Source: Bacteriovoracaceae bacterium
GTDB lineage: Bacteria > Bdellovibrionota > Bacteriovoracia > Bacteriovoracales > Bacteriovoracaceae
Assembly: GCA_018649885.1 (NCBI GenBank)
Contig: JABIHA010000108.1
Coordinates: 1 to 64,000, forward strand
Reading direction: 5' to 3'
DNA length: 64,000 nt
Part shown: one piece after another, positions 38,496-47,947 of the stretch
Layout: every line of letters begins with the position of its first letter
Numbering within the stretch: the stretch's first letter is position 1
The notes under the pieces: model-generated
What the model saw: only the letters and a program-made list of their open reading frames with translations
Database searches by the model: none
What the model was told of the DNA's origin: nothing
Program-made: the position numbers and the translations under genes

Positions 38496-39352
38496 TGATT
38501 CACCCCAACTCTTTTTTCATCGCCGTTTTCTTTATTTCCCACCAAAACAATCAGCTCTTCAATCCTCTGAAAATCTACCGATGGAGAAACTTCAATGATC
38601 TGAGTGATACCGTAACTCTCTCTTTCAATCTTTGAGATAGTTCCAACTTTTATTCCCTTAGGATAAATATTACCCAGGCCTGCAGTAATCACCACATCAC
38701 TTAGCCTAACCTGCTCAGTTCTTGTGACATACTTCATAAGGCATTTGAAATCGGAGAACCCTTCTAAGATTCCGTGAGAGCGAGTCCTATCTACAATGGC
38801 ATCAACTCTATTATTGGGATCTAAAATGGTAAGGACATCAGCATAATTGGGAGTAACTCGGTAAATTTGCCCAACTAATCCCTTTGCAGTCACAACAGGA
38901 GACCTGAGAGTAATACCATCGTTTTTGCCCTTGTTTATTCTGAGCACTCTAAATTGACTCGAAGAATCCCAGCCAACAACTTGGGCCAACACCTTTTTAT
39001 AATTGACCTCTTCGCCAAAACGCAGCAAATCTTTTAAGCGTTTATTCTCTCTCGCGATTTCTTGCAAATTAAATATTTCGCTTTCAAGCTCTTCAACTTT
39101 GTCTTTGAGGTCAGCATTTTCCCTACTAACCCCTACCAAAAGGACATAATTTCTGAAAAAGCTGCCACCTCGGTCGCGAAGCGAGACAATACTGCCTTGA
39201 ATTGGGCTTACTATTTCAATTAATATGGTTTGAAATAGAGAAGACTCCTCTTTTGTGAAGTCTTTTTGGGCCACTCCCCATAGAGATACTCCCAATATGA
39301 CAATATTGATGAACAATTTTAATTTTGGTTGCTCTAACCCAATGGATTTCAA
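38492..39352 (-). CDS. mreC: Rod shape-determining protein MreC
   Basis: Coiled coil RENKRLKDLL, INKGKNDGI, GLVGQI and VITAGLGNIYPKGIKVG. Confidence 0.95.
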   Translation of the reverse strand: MKSIGLEQPKLKLFINIVILGVSLWGVAQKDFTKEESSLFQTILIEIVSPIQGSIVSLRDRGGSFFRNYVLLVGVSRENADLKDKVEELESEIFNLQEIARENKRLKDLLRFGEEVNYKKVLAQVVGWDSSSQFRVLRINKGKNDGITLRSPVVTAKGLVGQIYRVTPNYADVLTILDPNNRVDAIVDRTRSHGILEGFSDFKCLMKYVTRTEQVRLSDVVITAGLGNIYPKGIKVGTISKIERESYGITQIIEVSPSVDFQRIEELIVLVGNKENGDEKRVGVNQ

Positions 39353-39428
39353 GGTAAAGACCCTATTGTGTACTGATTTTTATTACCTAAAAGAGTAGCC
39401 AAAATTGGGGTATCTGCCAAATTGTGCT

Positions 39429-39457
39429 TTGACTGAAAAGTACTAGGTAGCTAGAAT
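39429..39457 (+). promoter_or_regulatory. Candidate sigma70 promoter of ppiD-like gene
   Basis: TTGACT-N17-TAGAAT. Confidence 0.55.
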
Positions 39458-39487
39458 CAACCATCTTAAGAAAAAAGGACCCAAATT

Positions 39488-40984
39488 ATGCATAAAAAAG
39501 TATCTAGCCTTATTTTGTCACTAATCATCGGTGGTATTGTCGTAACCTTCGTTTTCTCCGGAATGGGCGGAGGAGGAATGGGAATGCAGGGTAATAATGT
39601 TGTAGCTTCAGTAGATGGAACTCCCATTGATTACCGCGAGTATAGAAGGGCATTAGAGAGTCAAATCCAATTTTACTCTCAAATTAGTGGAGGCAAATCT
39701 CTAACTCAAAAGCAAATTCAACAATTTGGTATAAAAGATAGAGTTCTAGGAAACCTAATTAAGCAAAAACTCTTAATAAACTTAGGTAAAAAACTTCAGC
39801 TTCAGCCATCTCAAAATGAACTTACCAGCGAAATTAAAAAACTTCCCTATTTCCAAACTGGTGGAAAATTTGATGTCACAAAATACAAGGGACTTTTGGC
39901 GGCCAATAGATATAGCCCAACCAAGTTCGAAGAACTGATAGAGTCAGATCTAATAGCAAAAAGTGCAGATGTTCTTTTAGGACAATTTACTATTTCTGAT
40001 GGCTACGTGAAAGATATATTGAAATTTAAAAATCAAAAGTTTTATGCGACCGCCATAAAAGTTCAAAAAAACTCATTAAAAAAGCACATTTCGGTATCAA
40101 AGGCTGAGATCTCTAAATTTATTGCAAATAAGGATAATGGTACAAAGCTTGAATCAAGATTTGCTAGAAAGAAAAGAGAGCTCGACCAGCCTGAAGAAGT
40201 AAATGCTCGTCATATTCTGTTATCCATTCGTGGAAAAGATAAGAAAGAAGCAGACGTAGAAAAAGCAGCAAAAGATTTGGCCAAAAAAGTTAGAAAGAGC
40301 AACTTTGCTAAAATGGCTGAAAAATATACCGAAGACCCTTCAGGTAAAGGAAAGGGCGGTAGCTTAGGATGGTTTGGAAGAGGCCGAATGGTTCCTGAGT
40401 TTGATAAAACAGTATTTTCTATGAAAGTAGGATCAATATCTGCACCCATTAAAACTCAATTCGGCTACCACATTATTTATCTAGAAGGTAAGAAAAAGAA
40501 AAAAGATGCTAAGCTTGCTGATCATCAAAATGACTTAGCAAAAGAGCTTATTAGAGAAAGTAAAGATGAAGCATTTGATAAGTTAATTCAAAAACTCAAA
40601 TCAGAGTTTAAAACACTCGCTATAGCAAATAAGAAAAGTGCCCTTGAAAAAGCGCGAAGCAAGTATGACTTTCAATTTCAACAAAAAGAATCCATAAATC
40701 GCTTTGACGGACAAATTGGTTCAATCAAGTTAGATGAGGAAAATGTATCTAAGATTTTCCAAACTCCACTTACTAGTGCCGACTCTTTTGTATTTGAAAA
40801 TGCTGCTCACTTCACAGTGGTAGCTGTCAGACCATATAAAGAAAATAAATTTAAGCCAGATAGCGATGGCTTTGACGTTGAAAAAAATGGGCAACTTGTA
40901 AAACTATCAAGAAGCCTAAGAGAGAAAGTTCTAAAAAAGCTTCAAGACAGTTCTAATATTAAGCAAAATCCGAACCTATTATAG
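39488..40984 (+). CDS. ppiD: PpiD/SurA-type parvulin peptidyl-prolyl isomerase
   Basis: N-terminal TM, SurA-N domain, ARHILL...GGSLGWF..GRMVPEF...TQFGYHII. Confidence 0.88.
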   Translation: MHKKVSSLILSLIIGGIVVTFVFSGMGGGGMGMQGNNVVASVDGTPIDYREYRRALESQIQFYSQISGGKSLTQKQIQQFGIKDRVLGNLIKQKLLINLGKKLQLQPSQNELTSEIKKLPYFQTGGKFDVTKYKGLLAANRYSPTKFEELIESDLIAKSADVLLGQFTISDGYVKDILKFKNQKFYATAIKVQKNSLKKHISVSKAEISKFIANKDNGTKLESRFARKKRELDQPEEVNARHILLSIRGKDKKEADVEKAAKDLAKKVRKSNFAKMAEKYTEDPSGKGKGGSLGWFGRGRMVPEFDKTVFSMKVGSISAPIKTQFGYHIIYLEGKKKKKDAKLADHQNDLAKELIRESKDEAFDKLIQKLKSEFKTLAIANKKSALEKARSKYDFQFQQKESINRFDGQIGSIKLDEENVSKIFQTPLTSADSFVFENAAHFTVVAVRPYKENKFKPDSDGFDVEKNGQLVKLSRSLREKVLKKLQDSSNIKQNPNLL

Positions 40985-40994
40985 GTCAGAGCCT

Positions 40995-41228
40995 ATGCCT
41001 GAAAGACAAAGTGCCTGGGAAAAAAATATCCCAGGCAACTATTTCGTAGATGATCAATGTATTGCCTGTGATGCCTGCGTAACTGAAGCCCCTAATTTTT
41101 TTGAAATGAATGTAGATGAAGGTTATGCTTTTGTAAAAATGCAGCCAGAAACTCCAGATCAAATAAGCGATTGCGAAAATGCACTTGCCGCTTGCCCAGT
41201 GGAGGCCATTGGAAATGAAAAAAATTAA
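40995..41228 (+). CDS. Single-cluster 4Fe-4S ferredoxin
   Basis: CIACDAC...CPVEAI. Confidence 0.92.
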   Translation: MPERQSAWEKNIPGNYFVDDQCIACDACVTEAPNFFEMNVDEGYAFVKMQPETPDQISDCENALAACPVEAIGNEKN

Positions 41229-42036
41229 AATCAGATGGATTTTACTACTCTTGCCTATTCTCTCCTCATTTACCAGTGGCCAAAAGCAAACCATAGAAGG
41301 TGTTGTAAATTTTAAAAAATGGCTAAATACCAATGTGACCCACTTTGCGAAATGCACCCCAAAAAAATCCCAGTCAGATTACCTTTTATGTGATGGCACT
41401 AAAATCCCTGCAAAGACGCTAACAAATCTATTTAAGCTCCCCCCAGAAGGACTTATTAAATGGTTAAAAGAGCAGGGAATTAGTATCGAAATTTTATGCG
41501 ATACAAAGTCTGGCGCCCAGCCTTTTCAAAAATTTTGTGTGAAACAAAGCAAGTTTCCCTCTTTTAAAAAACTATCAAACGTTCATGGCAAATACCTTCC
41601 TGAACACAAAACTATTTTAATTAAAAGCTCCGCCAGTAAAGGCAGCCTTATTCACGAATACATCCACTACAAGCAAGCTGAGAATACAAATCCCGTATAT
41701 GGAAAGGTGTACAAAAAAACTAGGGCCGTTCTGCAAAGAAAGCTAACTGTTATTTTAGACCGAAAAATCATCATGGTGAAAAGACTAGAAAGCAAAGGAC
41801 TAACAAAGAAGTCCAAAGGCCATATTATGGACTTTATGGAAGCTTCTGAGCTTCTCAGGCTCTTCTCATTTTGGCAGGACCTGGTCGACGAGAGAGGGAT
41901 ATTTCAGCTTTATCTCAGCTACGGATCTGAATTTGGTGCAGGGGAAGAAGATCTAAAACTAGCAAAATTAAATATGGGACATATCTGTAGAAATAAGAAG
42001 ATTTTGAAAGTACTGCCAAAAGATCAATGTAAATAA
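41215..42036 (+). CDS. Secreted hypothetical protein with HExxH motif (possible zinc metalloprotease)
   Basis: ATG at 41215, signal peptide, and GKY......ILI......SLIHEYIH. Confidence 0.65.
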   Translation: MKKIKIRWILLLLPILSSFTSGQKQTIEGVVNFKKWLNTNVTHFAKCTPKKSQSDYLLCDGTKIPAKTLTNLFKLPPEGLIKWLKEQGISIEILCDTKSGAQPFQKFCVKQSKFPSFKKLSNVHGKYLPEHKTILIKSSASKGSLIHEYIHYKQAENTNPVYGKVYKKTRAVLQRKLTVILDRKIIMVKRLESKGLTKKSKGHIMDFMEASELLRLFSFWQDLVDERGIFQLYLSYGSEFGAGEEDLKLAKLNMGHICRNKKILKVLPKDQCK

Positions 42037-42274
42037 AAATGCTTTATAGGCCCCAAAGGTAAAAAAGATAAGCGGGGGGGGATTCCTACTTCCAGGGCCC
42101 ATAAGCAAAACTCTATTAAATATCAATTACTTAATTGCTATTTTTTTTTAATAACTGCTTCTATAACTATAATGCACTAAAACGCTCTCTATTTGGAGGG
42201 AGAAATTTTGGAAGATCCATAGGCCCTATATTAAGCTGTGATTTTTTAGTATTATTGGGCCCAAAGGAAAGCTG

Positions 42275-43891
42275 ATGTTGAATATTTCTAATGTTTCCAA
42301 GACCTTAGGCGGTCAAAAATTATACTCTAAGGCAAGTCTCCAAATATACCCTGGTGAGAAGGTGGGCCTTGTTGGTGCTAATGGCACAGGAAAATCCACA
42401 CTCTTTCGAATGATCATTGGAGAAATTAGCCCAGAAGAGGGACAAATAAGCTTTCCCAAAGAAATGAGACTATCTTATTTTTCTCAAAGTGTAGGGGAGA
42501 TGAAAGGCAACTCTGCCCTTGATGAAGTTATCCTTGGAAATGAAAAGATTAGAAATCTAAAATCAAAGCTAACAACATTTGAAAACCAACTTGCAAGTGG
42601 TGAGCTTGACGACGATGAAATGAATGCCGTTCTAATAAAGATGGGAGACGTCCAAACCGACTTTGAAAAACTTGGTGGTTATGACCTTGAGACAAGGGCC
42701 GAAGAAGTTCTGACAGGACTTGGTATTTCCCCAATAGATCATAGCAAGCTTGTAGATGAGTTTAGTGGTGGCTGGAAAATGCGAATTGCTCTGGCCAAGG
42801 TACTAGTTAATATTCCCGATATTATCATTATGGATGAACCCACAAACTACCTAGATATAGAAACAATTCTATGGCTAGAAGATTGGCTTAAAAACTTTAA
42901 AGGCGCTGTCTTTATGACCACTCATGATAGAGACTTCATGAATGGTATTGTTCAAAAAGTTGTAGAGATTTCTAATGGAAAGGCCACTACATATAGTGGT
43001 AACTACGACTTCTATGAAAAAGAAAGGCAAGTAAGGCGCGATCAAATAAAAGCTGAGTACAGGCGTCAGCAGGAAATGCTCTCAAAGGAAGAAGAGTTTA
43101 TTGCAAAATTTAAGGCCCGTGCTTCACATGCAGCTCAAGTTCAATCGAGAATTAAAAAATTAGAAAAAATTGATCGGGTTGAAATTCCACCAGAAGAGGC
43201 CACCATTGCCTTTGAGTTTTCAAGGCCTGATAGAGGTGGTGATGACGTAGTTGTATTAAATGATCTTGGGAAATCTTGGACTAAATCAAATGGGGAAGAG
43301 CTAAAGATATTTGAACATTTAAGTGCAACCGTTAAAAGACTAGATAGAATCGCCGTTGTAGGGGTAAACGGAGCAGGTAAATCTACTCTTTTAAAAATTA
43401 TTTGTGGCACAGAAGAGCCTAGCTCGGGATCCGTAAAAATCGGACCCAGCATTAGAATGGGCTACTTCAGCCAATACTCCCTAGAAGTTCTGACAGCTGA
43501 AAACACTGTCCTTGAGGAAGTTAGATCCAACTTGAAAAATGCATCTGATGGGTTTCTTCGAAATCTCCTGGCCGCTTTTTTATTTAGAGGAGATGACGTA
43601 GAGAAGAAAGTAAAATATCTTTCAGGGGGAGAAAAAAGTAGACTCATTTTAGCTGTCCTACTCTCTCAAAAAAATAATCTTCTTGTACTAGATGAACCAA
43701 CCAACCATCTCGATTTAAAATCTAGAGAAGTCTTATTAAATGCTCTATCCATTTATGAAGGGACAGTCATTTTCGTTAGTCACGACAGGCACTTTCTACA
43801 CAAATTAACAAAGAAAGTTCTTGAGGTTGATAGTGGTGGAATAAAGATTTATCCCGGAAATTACGATTACTATTTATCAAAAAAATCATGA
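42275..43891 (+). CDS. ABC-F family ATPase (ribosome-associated)
   Basis: Two ABC cassettes (GANGTGKST, FSGGWKMR; GVNGAGKST, LSGGEKSR) and no TM domains. Confidence 0.95.
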   Translation: MLNISNVSKTLGGQKLYSKASLQIYPGEKVGLVGANGTGKSTLFRMIIGEISPEEGQISFPKEMRLSYFSQSVGEMKGNSALDEVILGNEKIRNLKSKLTTFENQLASGELDDDEMNAVLIKMGDVQTDFEKLGGYDLETRAEEVLTGLGISPIDHSKLVDEFSGGWKMRIALAKVLVNIPDIIIMDEPTNYLDIETILWLEDWLKNFKGAVFMTTHDRDFMNGIVQKVVEISNGKATTYSGNYDFYEKERQVRRDQIKAEYRRQQEMLSKEEEFIAKFKARASHAAQVQSRIKKLEKIDRVEIPPEEATIAFEFSRPDRGGDDVVVLNDLGKSWTKSNGEELKIFEHLSATVKRLDRIAVVGVNGAGKSTLLKIICGTEEPSSGSVKIGPSIRMGYFSQYSLEVLTAENTVLEEVRSNLKNASDGFLRNLLAAFLFRGDDVEKKVKYLSGGEKSRLILAVLLSQKNNLLVLDEPTNHLDLKSREVLLNALSIYEGTVIFVSHDRHFLHKLTKKVLEVDSGGIKIYPGNYDYYLSKKS

Positions 43892-44040
43892 TTTAACATG
43901 ATCATTTTCAAACAAGTTTGACGTAATCAAAAATATAAAAGAATAGGACTAACCTCTTCAGGGCCGTTGGTAGGGTAGAGGTGCATCCAATTTTTGAATT
44001 AACCCCTTAATTATCAACAGCCTCAAAGAAACCCTTGTTA

Positions 44041-44499
44041 TTATTTACAAGTTCCTGAAAAAAATTCCATCTTTTTTACGGTCTTTTCTTCGATACCAAA
44101 CGAATTTGTTTCATTTGTAACTTCAATTTCTAAATGTGATGTCGCTCCCACTGGAATCAATCCAACAGTCAAAACTTGTAATGAAGAATCATCATTACCA
44201 TCTGACATGCAATAGATGAGAAATTTGCTTTCAGGGGCTCTAGTACAATCACGATTTTTAAAATTTACTGTAAAAGACTTATTTGAGGCATAAATAACTC
44301 TACCATCTTCCTGCTCTTGAGTAATATTATCTATAATAGTTACCACTGTTTCACTTTTACCTACATCAAATTTAAATTCCTGGAGTTCTCCATCTATGGC
44401 CTTTCCATATCCGCAAACAAATGATTCCAATGGAAAAGAAGAACTGTATAGAGAATTAGATAACAGTATCACTAACGATAGTATAAATAGTTTATGCAT
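44041..44499 (-). CDS. Secreted hypothetical protein (4 Cys)
   Basis: AGGAG SD and signal peptide. Confidence 0.75.
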   Translation of the reverse strand: MHKLFILSLVILLSNSLYSSSFPLESFVCGYGKAIDGELQEFKFDVGKSETVVTIIDNITQEQEDGRVIYASNKSFTVNFKNRDCTRAPESKFLIYCMSDGNDDSSLQVLTVGLIPVGATSHLEIEVTNETNSFGIEEKTVKKMEFFSGTCK

Positions 44500-44735
44500 A
44501 ATGGGCTCCTTTAGAGTGTCGTTATATTTAATGTAATTATTTTAAATTTAGTATATGGATATTCATTAGAATAAAATTAATTTGAATTTTTTTCAAATTT
44601 CTTAAGGAGGAATTCATTTAGGATCTGGCAAAGAAAAACTAGCACAATCACTTCCCTACTCTATTAGCTCAAATGCCCCCCATAATGGAGCGACTAAAGA
44701 ATATGGGATTACTACAAGCTAGAAATTGCATAACC

Positions 44736-44765
44736 CAGCAGAAATACAGATTTCTATTTCTGCTG
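44736..44765 (-). terminator. Hairpin / probable terminator downstream of PfpI remnant
   Basis: CAGCAGAAATA...TATTTCTGCTG 11-bp stem. Confidence 0.55.
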
Positions 44766-44776
44766 AGTAAGTTATT

Positions 44777-44911
44777 TTACTTCGAAAGCTCATGGTCAAT
44801 GGCCACCATAAATTCTAAAACATCGCTAGGTCCACGACTTGTAATGAAGTGACCATCCACGACAGCAGCTTGATCTAAGAAAACCCCTCCCGCATTTATG
44901 AGATCTAACTT
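44777..44911 (-). pseudogene. C-terminal remnant of a PfpI/DJ-1 (class I glutamine amidotransferase-like) gene
   Basis: Minus-strand translation KLDLINAGGVFLDQAAVVDGHFITSRGPSDVLEFMVAIDHELSK* matches the PfpI C-terminus (DLxNAGxxxxDxxVVVDGNxITSRxPxD). The N-terminal portion is absent. Confidence 0.8.
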
Positions 44912-44947
44912 TGTCTTAAATTTTTTAAAAGAAAATCTGTAATTGAA

Positions 44948-45982
44948 TTAATAAAGTAGCTTTACTATTTCCCTATACCCCAACCGTCTTGCAATATCGA
45001 TTGCCCTGTACCCTTCTGAATCCCTGAGGTTTTTATTGATACCTGGAAGAGTTAACAAGTAGGATACGACCTCTTTTTGACCATAAAGGGCCGCAAGCAT
45101 TAGAGAAGATCTCTGTTTAACACTTCCCCCTGCTCTGAGCTTAAGTATAAATTTAAGGAGTTTTGATGTGATCATCTTGTCGTCATAGAATTCGACAAGG
45201 TTGATATCGATTGATTTATCGTTTGCTAGTAGCCACTCCAGCGTGGACTTGCCAGAGAGCATTGAGGCCAACATAAAAGGTGTTCTTCCGAGGGCGTTAG
45301 CAGCATTAAGATCGGCTCCATAAGAGTGCAAAACTTTCAATGTATCTAAGTGGCCAAGCATTGCCGCGAAATCTACAGCTGTATCTCCATGAAAAGTTGC
45401 CACATCTACATCTGGGTCCAAGTCTAGTAACAATTTGACGACCTTTGTATGACCAAGTGAAGCTGCCAAATGCACGGGCCTTACCTTTAGTGAATTACCA
45501 AGAATATAGGGACCGGATAAAATATGTGCCGGAAGTTTTCTGGTTAAGATTTCACATGTTTCTAAATTCCCATAGGTGGCAGCAAAGTGGAGGGGAGTGT
45601 CTCCTTTGTGTAAGGATTCTAATACATCCCTTAAACTCTCCTTTGTCTTAGGATTAAAAATCTTATCGAATCTCTTATCTAGTAAATAGGGCTCCACCGC
45701 ACCTTTTTTTGCATATACTTTTGGGTTAGCCCCTGCAGCTAGTAAAATCTTAGTCATTTCAGCAGAAGTAACAGGAGAGGCCATGGCAGCTAGGTGCAGA
45801 GGGCAACGCAAGGTTTTTGTCTCGCAATAGTTTACATCCACACCCTTTGTCAGGATCGATTTAACAAGCAGGGCATTTTCACTTTTTATGGCCGCTATTA
45901 GCTGTTTTTCATTTTGGTGCATAAAGCCAAAACAGTTCACTGAGAAGGCCAGCCATGACAAGGCAGTTATTGCAATTTTCAT
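44948..45982 (-). CDS. Secreted ankyrin-repeat protein
   Basis: Signal peptide and multiple ankyrin repeats (GDTPLHFAATYGNLE, RPVHLAASLGHTKVVKLLL, GRTPFMLA). Confidence 0.92.
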   Translation of the reverse strand: MKIAITALSWLAFSVNCFGFMHQNEKQLIAAIKSENALLVKSILTKGVDVNYCETKTLRCPLHLAAMASPVTSAEMTKILLAAGANPKVYAKKGAVEPYLLDKRFDKIFNPKTKESLRDVLESLHKGDTPLHFAATYGNLETCEILTRKLPAHILSGPYILGNSLKVRPVHLAASLGHTKVVKLLLDLDPDVDVATFHGDTAVDFAAMLGHLDTLKVLHSYGADLNAANALGRTPFMLASMLSGKSTLEWLLANDKSIDINLVEFYDDKMITSKLLKFILKLRAGGSVKQRSSLMLAALYGQKEVVSYLLTLPGINKNLRDSEGYRAIDIARRLGYREIVKLLY

Positions 45983-46066
45983 AAAATCTCCCTAATTGAG
46001 AGTTCATAATTAACAATCAATGAGGAGATGACAATAGAAGAATTATTGATTCATTCACAAATAATG

Positions 46067-46092
46067 AAAAAGGCCCCAGAAACTGGGGCCTT
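46067..46092 (-). terminator. Rho-independent terminator of the flagellar operon
   Basis: Minus strand AAGGCCCCAG-ttt-CTGGGGCCTT followed by TTT. Confidence 0.85.
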
Positions 46093-46114
46093 ATGCACTG
46101 ACTAAGAAAATTTA

Positions 46115-47398
46115 TTATCTCTTAATATTGAGAACTTCTTGTAGCATCTGGTCAGCAGTCGTAATCGTTCTGGTGTTGGCCTGGAAATTTCTCTGAGCTG
46201 TCATTAGATTCACAAACTCATTTGCGATATCCACATTTGATAGCTCTACAGATTTTGAGAGAATCTGGCCTCGTCCAGTCTGTCCAGGTTTCCCAAGGGC
46301 ACCCTGTCCAGATTTGAGTGAAGCTTTAAAAAGGTTTTTACCCATTTTAAAGAGACCTTCATTGTTTTCAAATTTTGCCACCCCCATAAGTCCAATATTT
46401 CGGGTTTCACCATTTGAGTAGAAGGCTGAAAGCAATCCTTCATCGTTAAAAGACATACTTGTAATAGTCGCTGCAGACGCGCCATTTTGAGTATGTCTTG
46501 AAACAGCCGATTTTGAACCGTACTGAGTCGCTCCTTGGAGCCCTGTTCCGCCTTCAGTAATAGATTTACCAAAGCTTAATTCAATCTTTTGTTCAGGAGC
46601 TGCACCTTTATTAAAATTAAAGGCATTACTCCCAACTTCTTCCTGGAGAAGCTCTCCTTTATCATTGAATATCACTTTACCTGAGGCCATTTCAACAACA
46701 GTTCCCTCATCGCCACCACCAGCAGCATCCTCCGCATCAACAACTGCATGGTACTCCCACTGATTATTATCTGTTTTATTAAAGTAAACAGTTACCAATC
46801 TTTGAGTACCAACATTATCAAAAACAGAAACGCTGTTATTGAATGAAGAAGTCTTTTCGGGATCTTCGATATTAAACTCCTGAATATCATCTCTGGAGTC
46901 TAAGTTCATCATCACTTCAACTTTACTAGTTGCCTTAGCCGGGATTGTAGTATTTCCAAGTTTAATAGTTGATGGCTTATTAATAATATTGCCGTCAGCA
47001 TCTGCTCGAAAACCTCTTGCCTTATAGCCATCACCATTGATTAAGTAACCTTCTTTATCAAAGTGAAATTGGCCATCCCTGGTGTAGCCATGTCCAAAGG
47101 GAGACTCTACCTGGAAAAATCCATTGCCATTAATTGCAAGATCAGTAATATTCTCTGTCCTTGAAACATTTCCTTGAGTAAAATTGGGAGTTATGTGTGC
47201 GAGTCTAACACCAGAACCAATTTGGTCACCTCCATCAATACCTTTTAGACTTGTGGCCAAAACATCTTGAAATTCTGGTCTCGATGCTTTGAATCCATTA
47301 GTTTGAGAGTTGGCGATATTATCACCTGTAACACTCATACCGCCACCGATTGCCTGCAGGCCACCAACACCAATGGTAAACGAACGCAATATAGACAT
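46115..47398 (-). CDS. flgE: Flagellar hook protein
   Basis: GDNIANSQTNGFK, DLAINGNGFF, YTRDGQF and SNVDIANEFVNLMTAQRNFQAN. Confidence 0.97.
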   Translation of the reverse strand: MSILRSFTIGVGGLQAIGGGMSVTGDNIANSQTNGFKASRPEFQDVLATSLKGIDGGDQIGSGVRLAHITPNFTQGNVSRTENITDLAINGNGFFQVESPFGHGYTRDGQFHFDKEGYLINGDGYKARGFRADADGNIINKPSTIKLGNTTIPAKATSKVEVMMNLDSRDDIQEFNIEDPEKTSSFNNSVSVFDNVGTQRLVTVYFNKTDNNQWEYHAVVDAEDAAGGGDEGTVVEMASGKVIFNDKGELLQEEVGSNAFNFNKGAAPEQKIELSFGKSITEGGTGLQGATQYGSKSAVSRHTQNGASAATITSMSFNDEGLLSAFYSNGETRNIGLMGVAKFENNEGLFKMGKNLFKASLKSGQGALGKPGQTGRGQILSKSVELSNVDIANEFVNLMTAQRNFQANTRTITTADQMLQEVLNIKR

Positions 47399-47419
47399 AA
47401 ACGTCCCTCCTTAAGAAGC

Positions 47420-47503
47420 TTTGGTAGGTTTTTGGTCGAATAGGCCATACTGACTCTATTCAAGGCTTCCGCGAAGGACCAGCCATTAAAATTCTCTACC
47501 AAA
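47420..47503 (-). promoter_or_regulatory. Structured intercistronic RNA element upstream of flgE
   Basis: Four nested stems (see findings). Confidence 0.55.
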
Positions 47504-47527
47504 TAAATTAATAACAATACTTTCTAA

Positions 47528-47938
47528 CTAATTAACAATTACTGTAGAATCTATTTTCGTAAAAACATTTTCATTCACATTGTCTTTATCCATGGCAGTG
47601 ACAATTTTGTTGTTATCAACATCAACGACATAAATTGCTTTGTCTGTAATTACCAAGGAATCCTTTCCTCCTTTTTCTCTTAACTTACCGATGGCATCCT
47701 TAATTTTAAAAAAATCGTCGCCATCCATATTTATAGATCTCTCATTCATTCGCTTTGCTGCATGAACTGAGAGATTAATTCCATGTTCTTTGCTTACCTC
47801 ATCAATCTTCTTTTTCAGTAAGCTTTTAAATTCACTTTTTGCAACCAGATCTAATTTATCAGAAAGGTCTACCTTCTTCTGCCCTGGAAGCTTCGATACC
47901 TGGGGAATAAGATAATCTGCAACCTTTCCCTTACCCAT
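47528..47938 (-). CDS. Flagellar operon protein (TIGR02530-like)
   Basis: SVHAAKRMNERSI...KGGKDSLV...NNKIVTAMD...NVFTKIDS, located between flgD and flgE. Confidence 0.85.
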   Translation of the reverse strand: MGKGKVADYLIPQVSKLPGQKKVDLSDKLDLVAKSEFKSLLKKKIDEVSKEHGINLSVHAAKRMNERSINMDGDDFFKIKDAIGKLREKGGKDSLVITDKAIYVVDVDNNKIVTAMDKDNVNENVFTKIDSTVIVN

Positions 47939-47947
47939 AGGTCTCCA

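Noticed and set aside
42039..42062. Tiny uORF MLYRPQR upstream of the ABC-F gene (possible attenuator peptide)
   Set aside because: No SD, more than 200 nt from the start codon, and no clear terminator/antiterminator pair.
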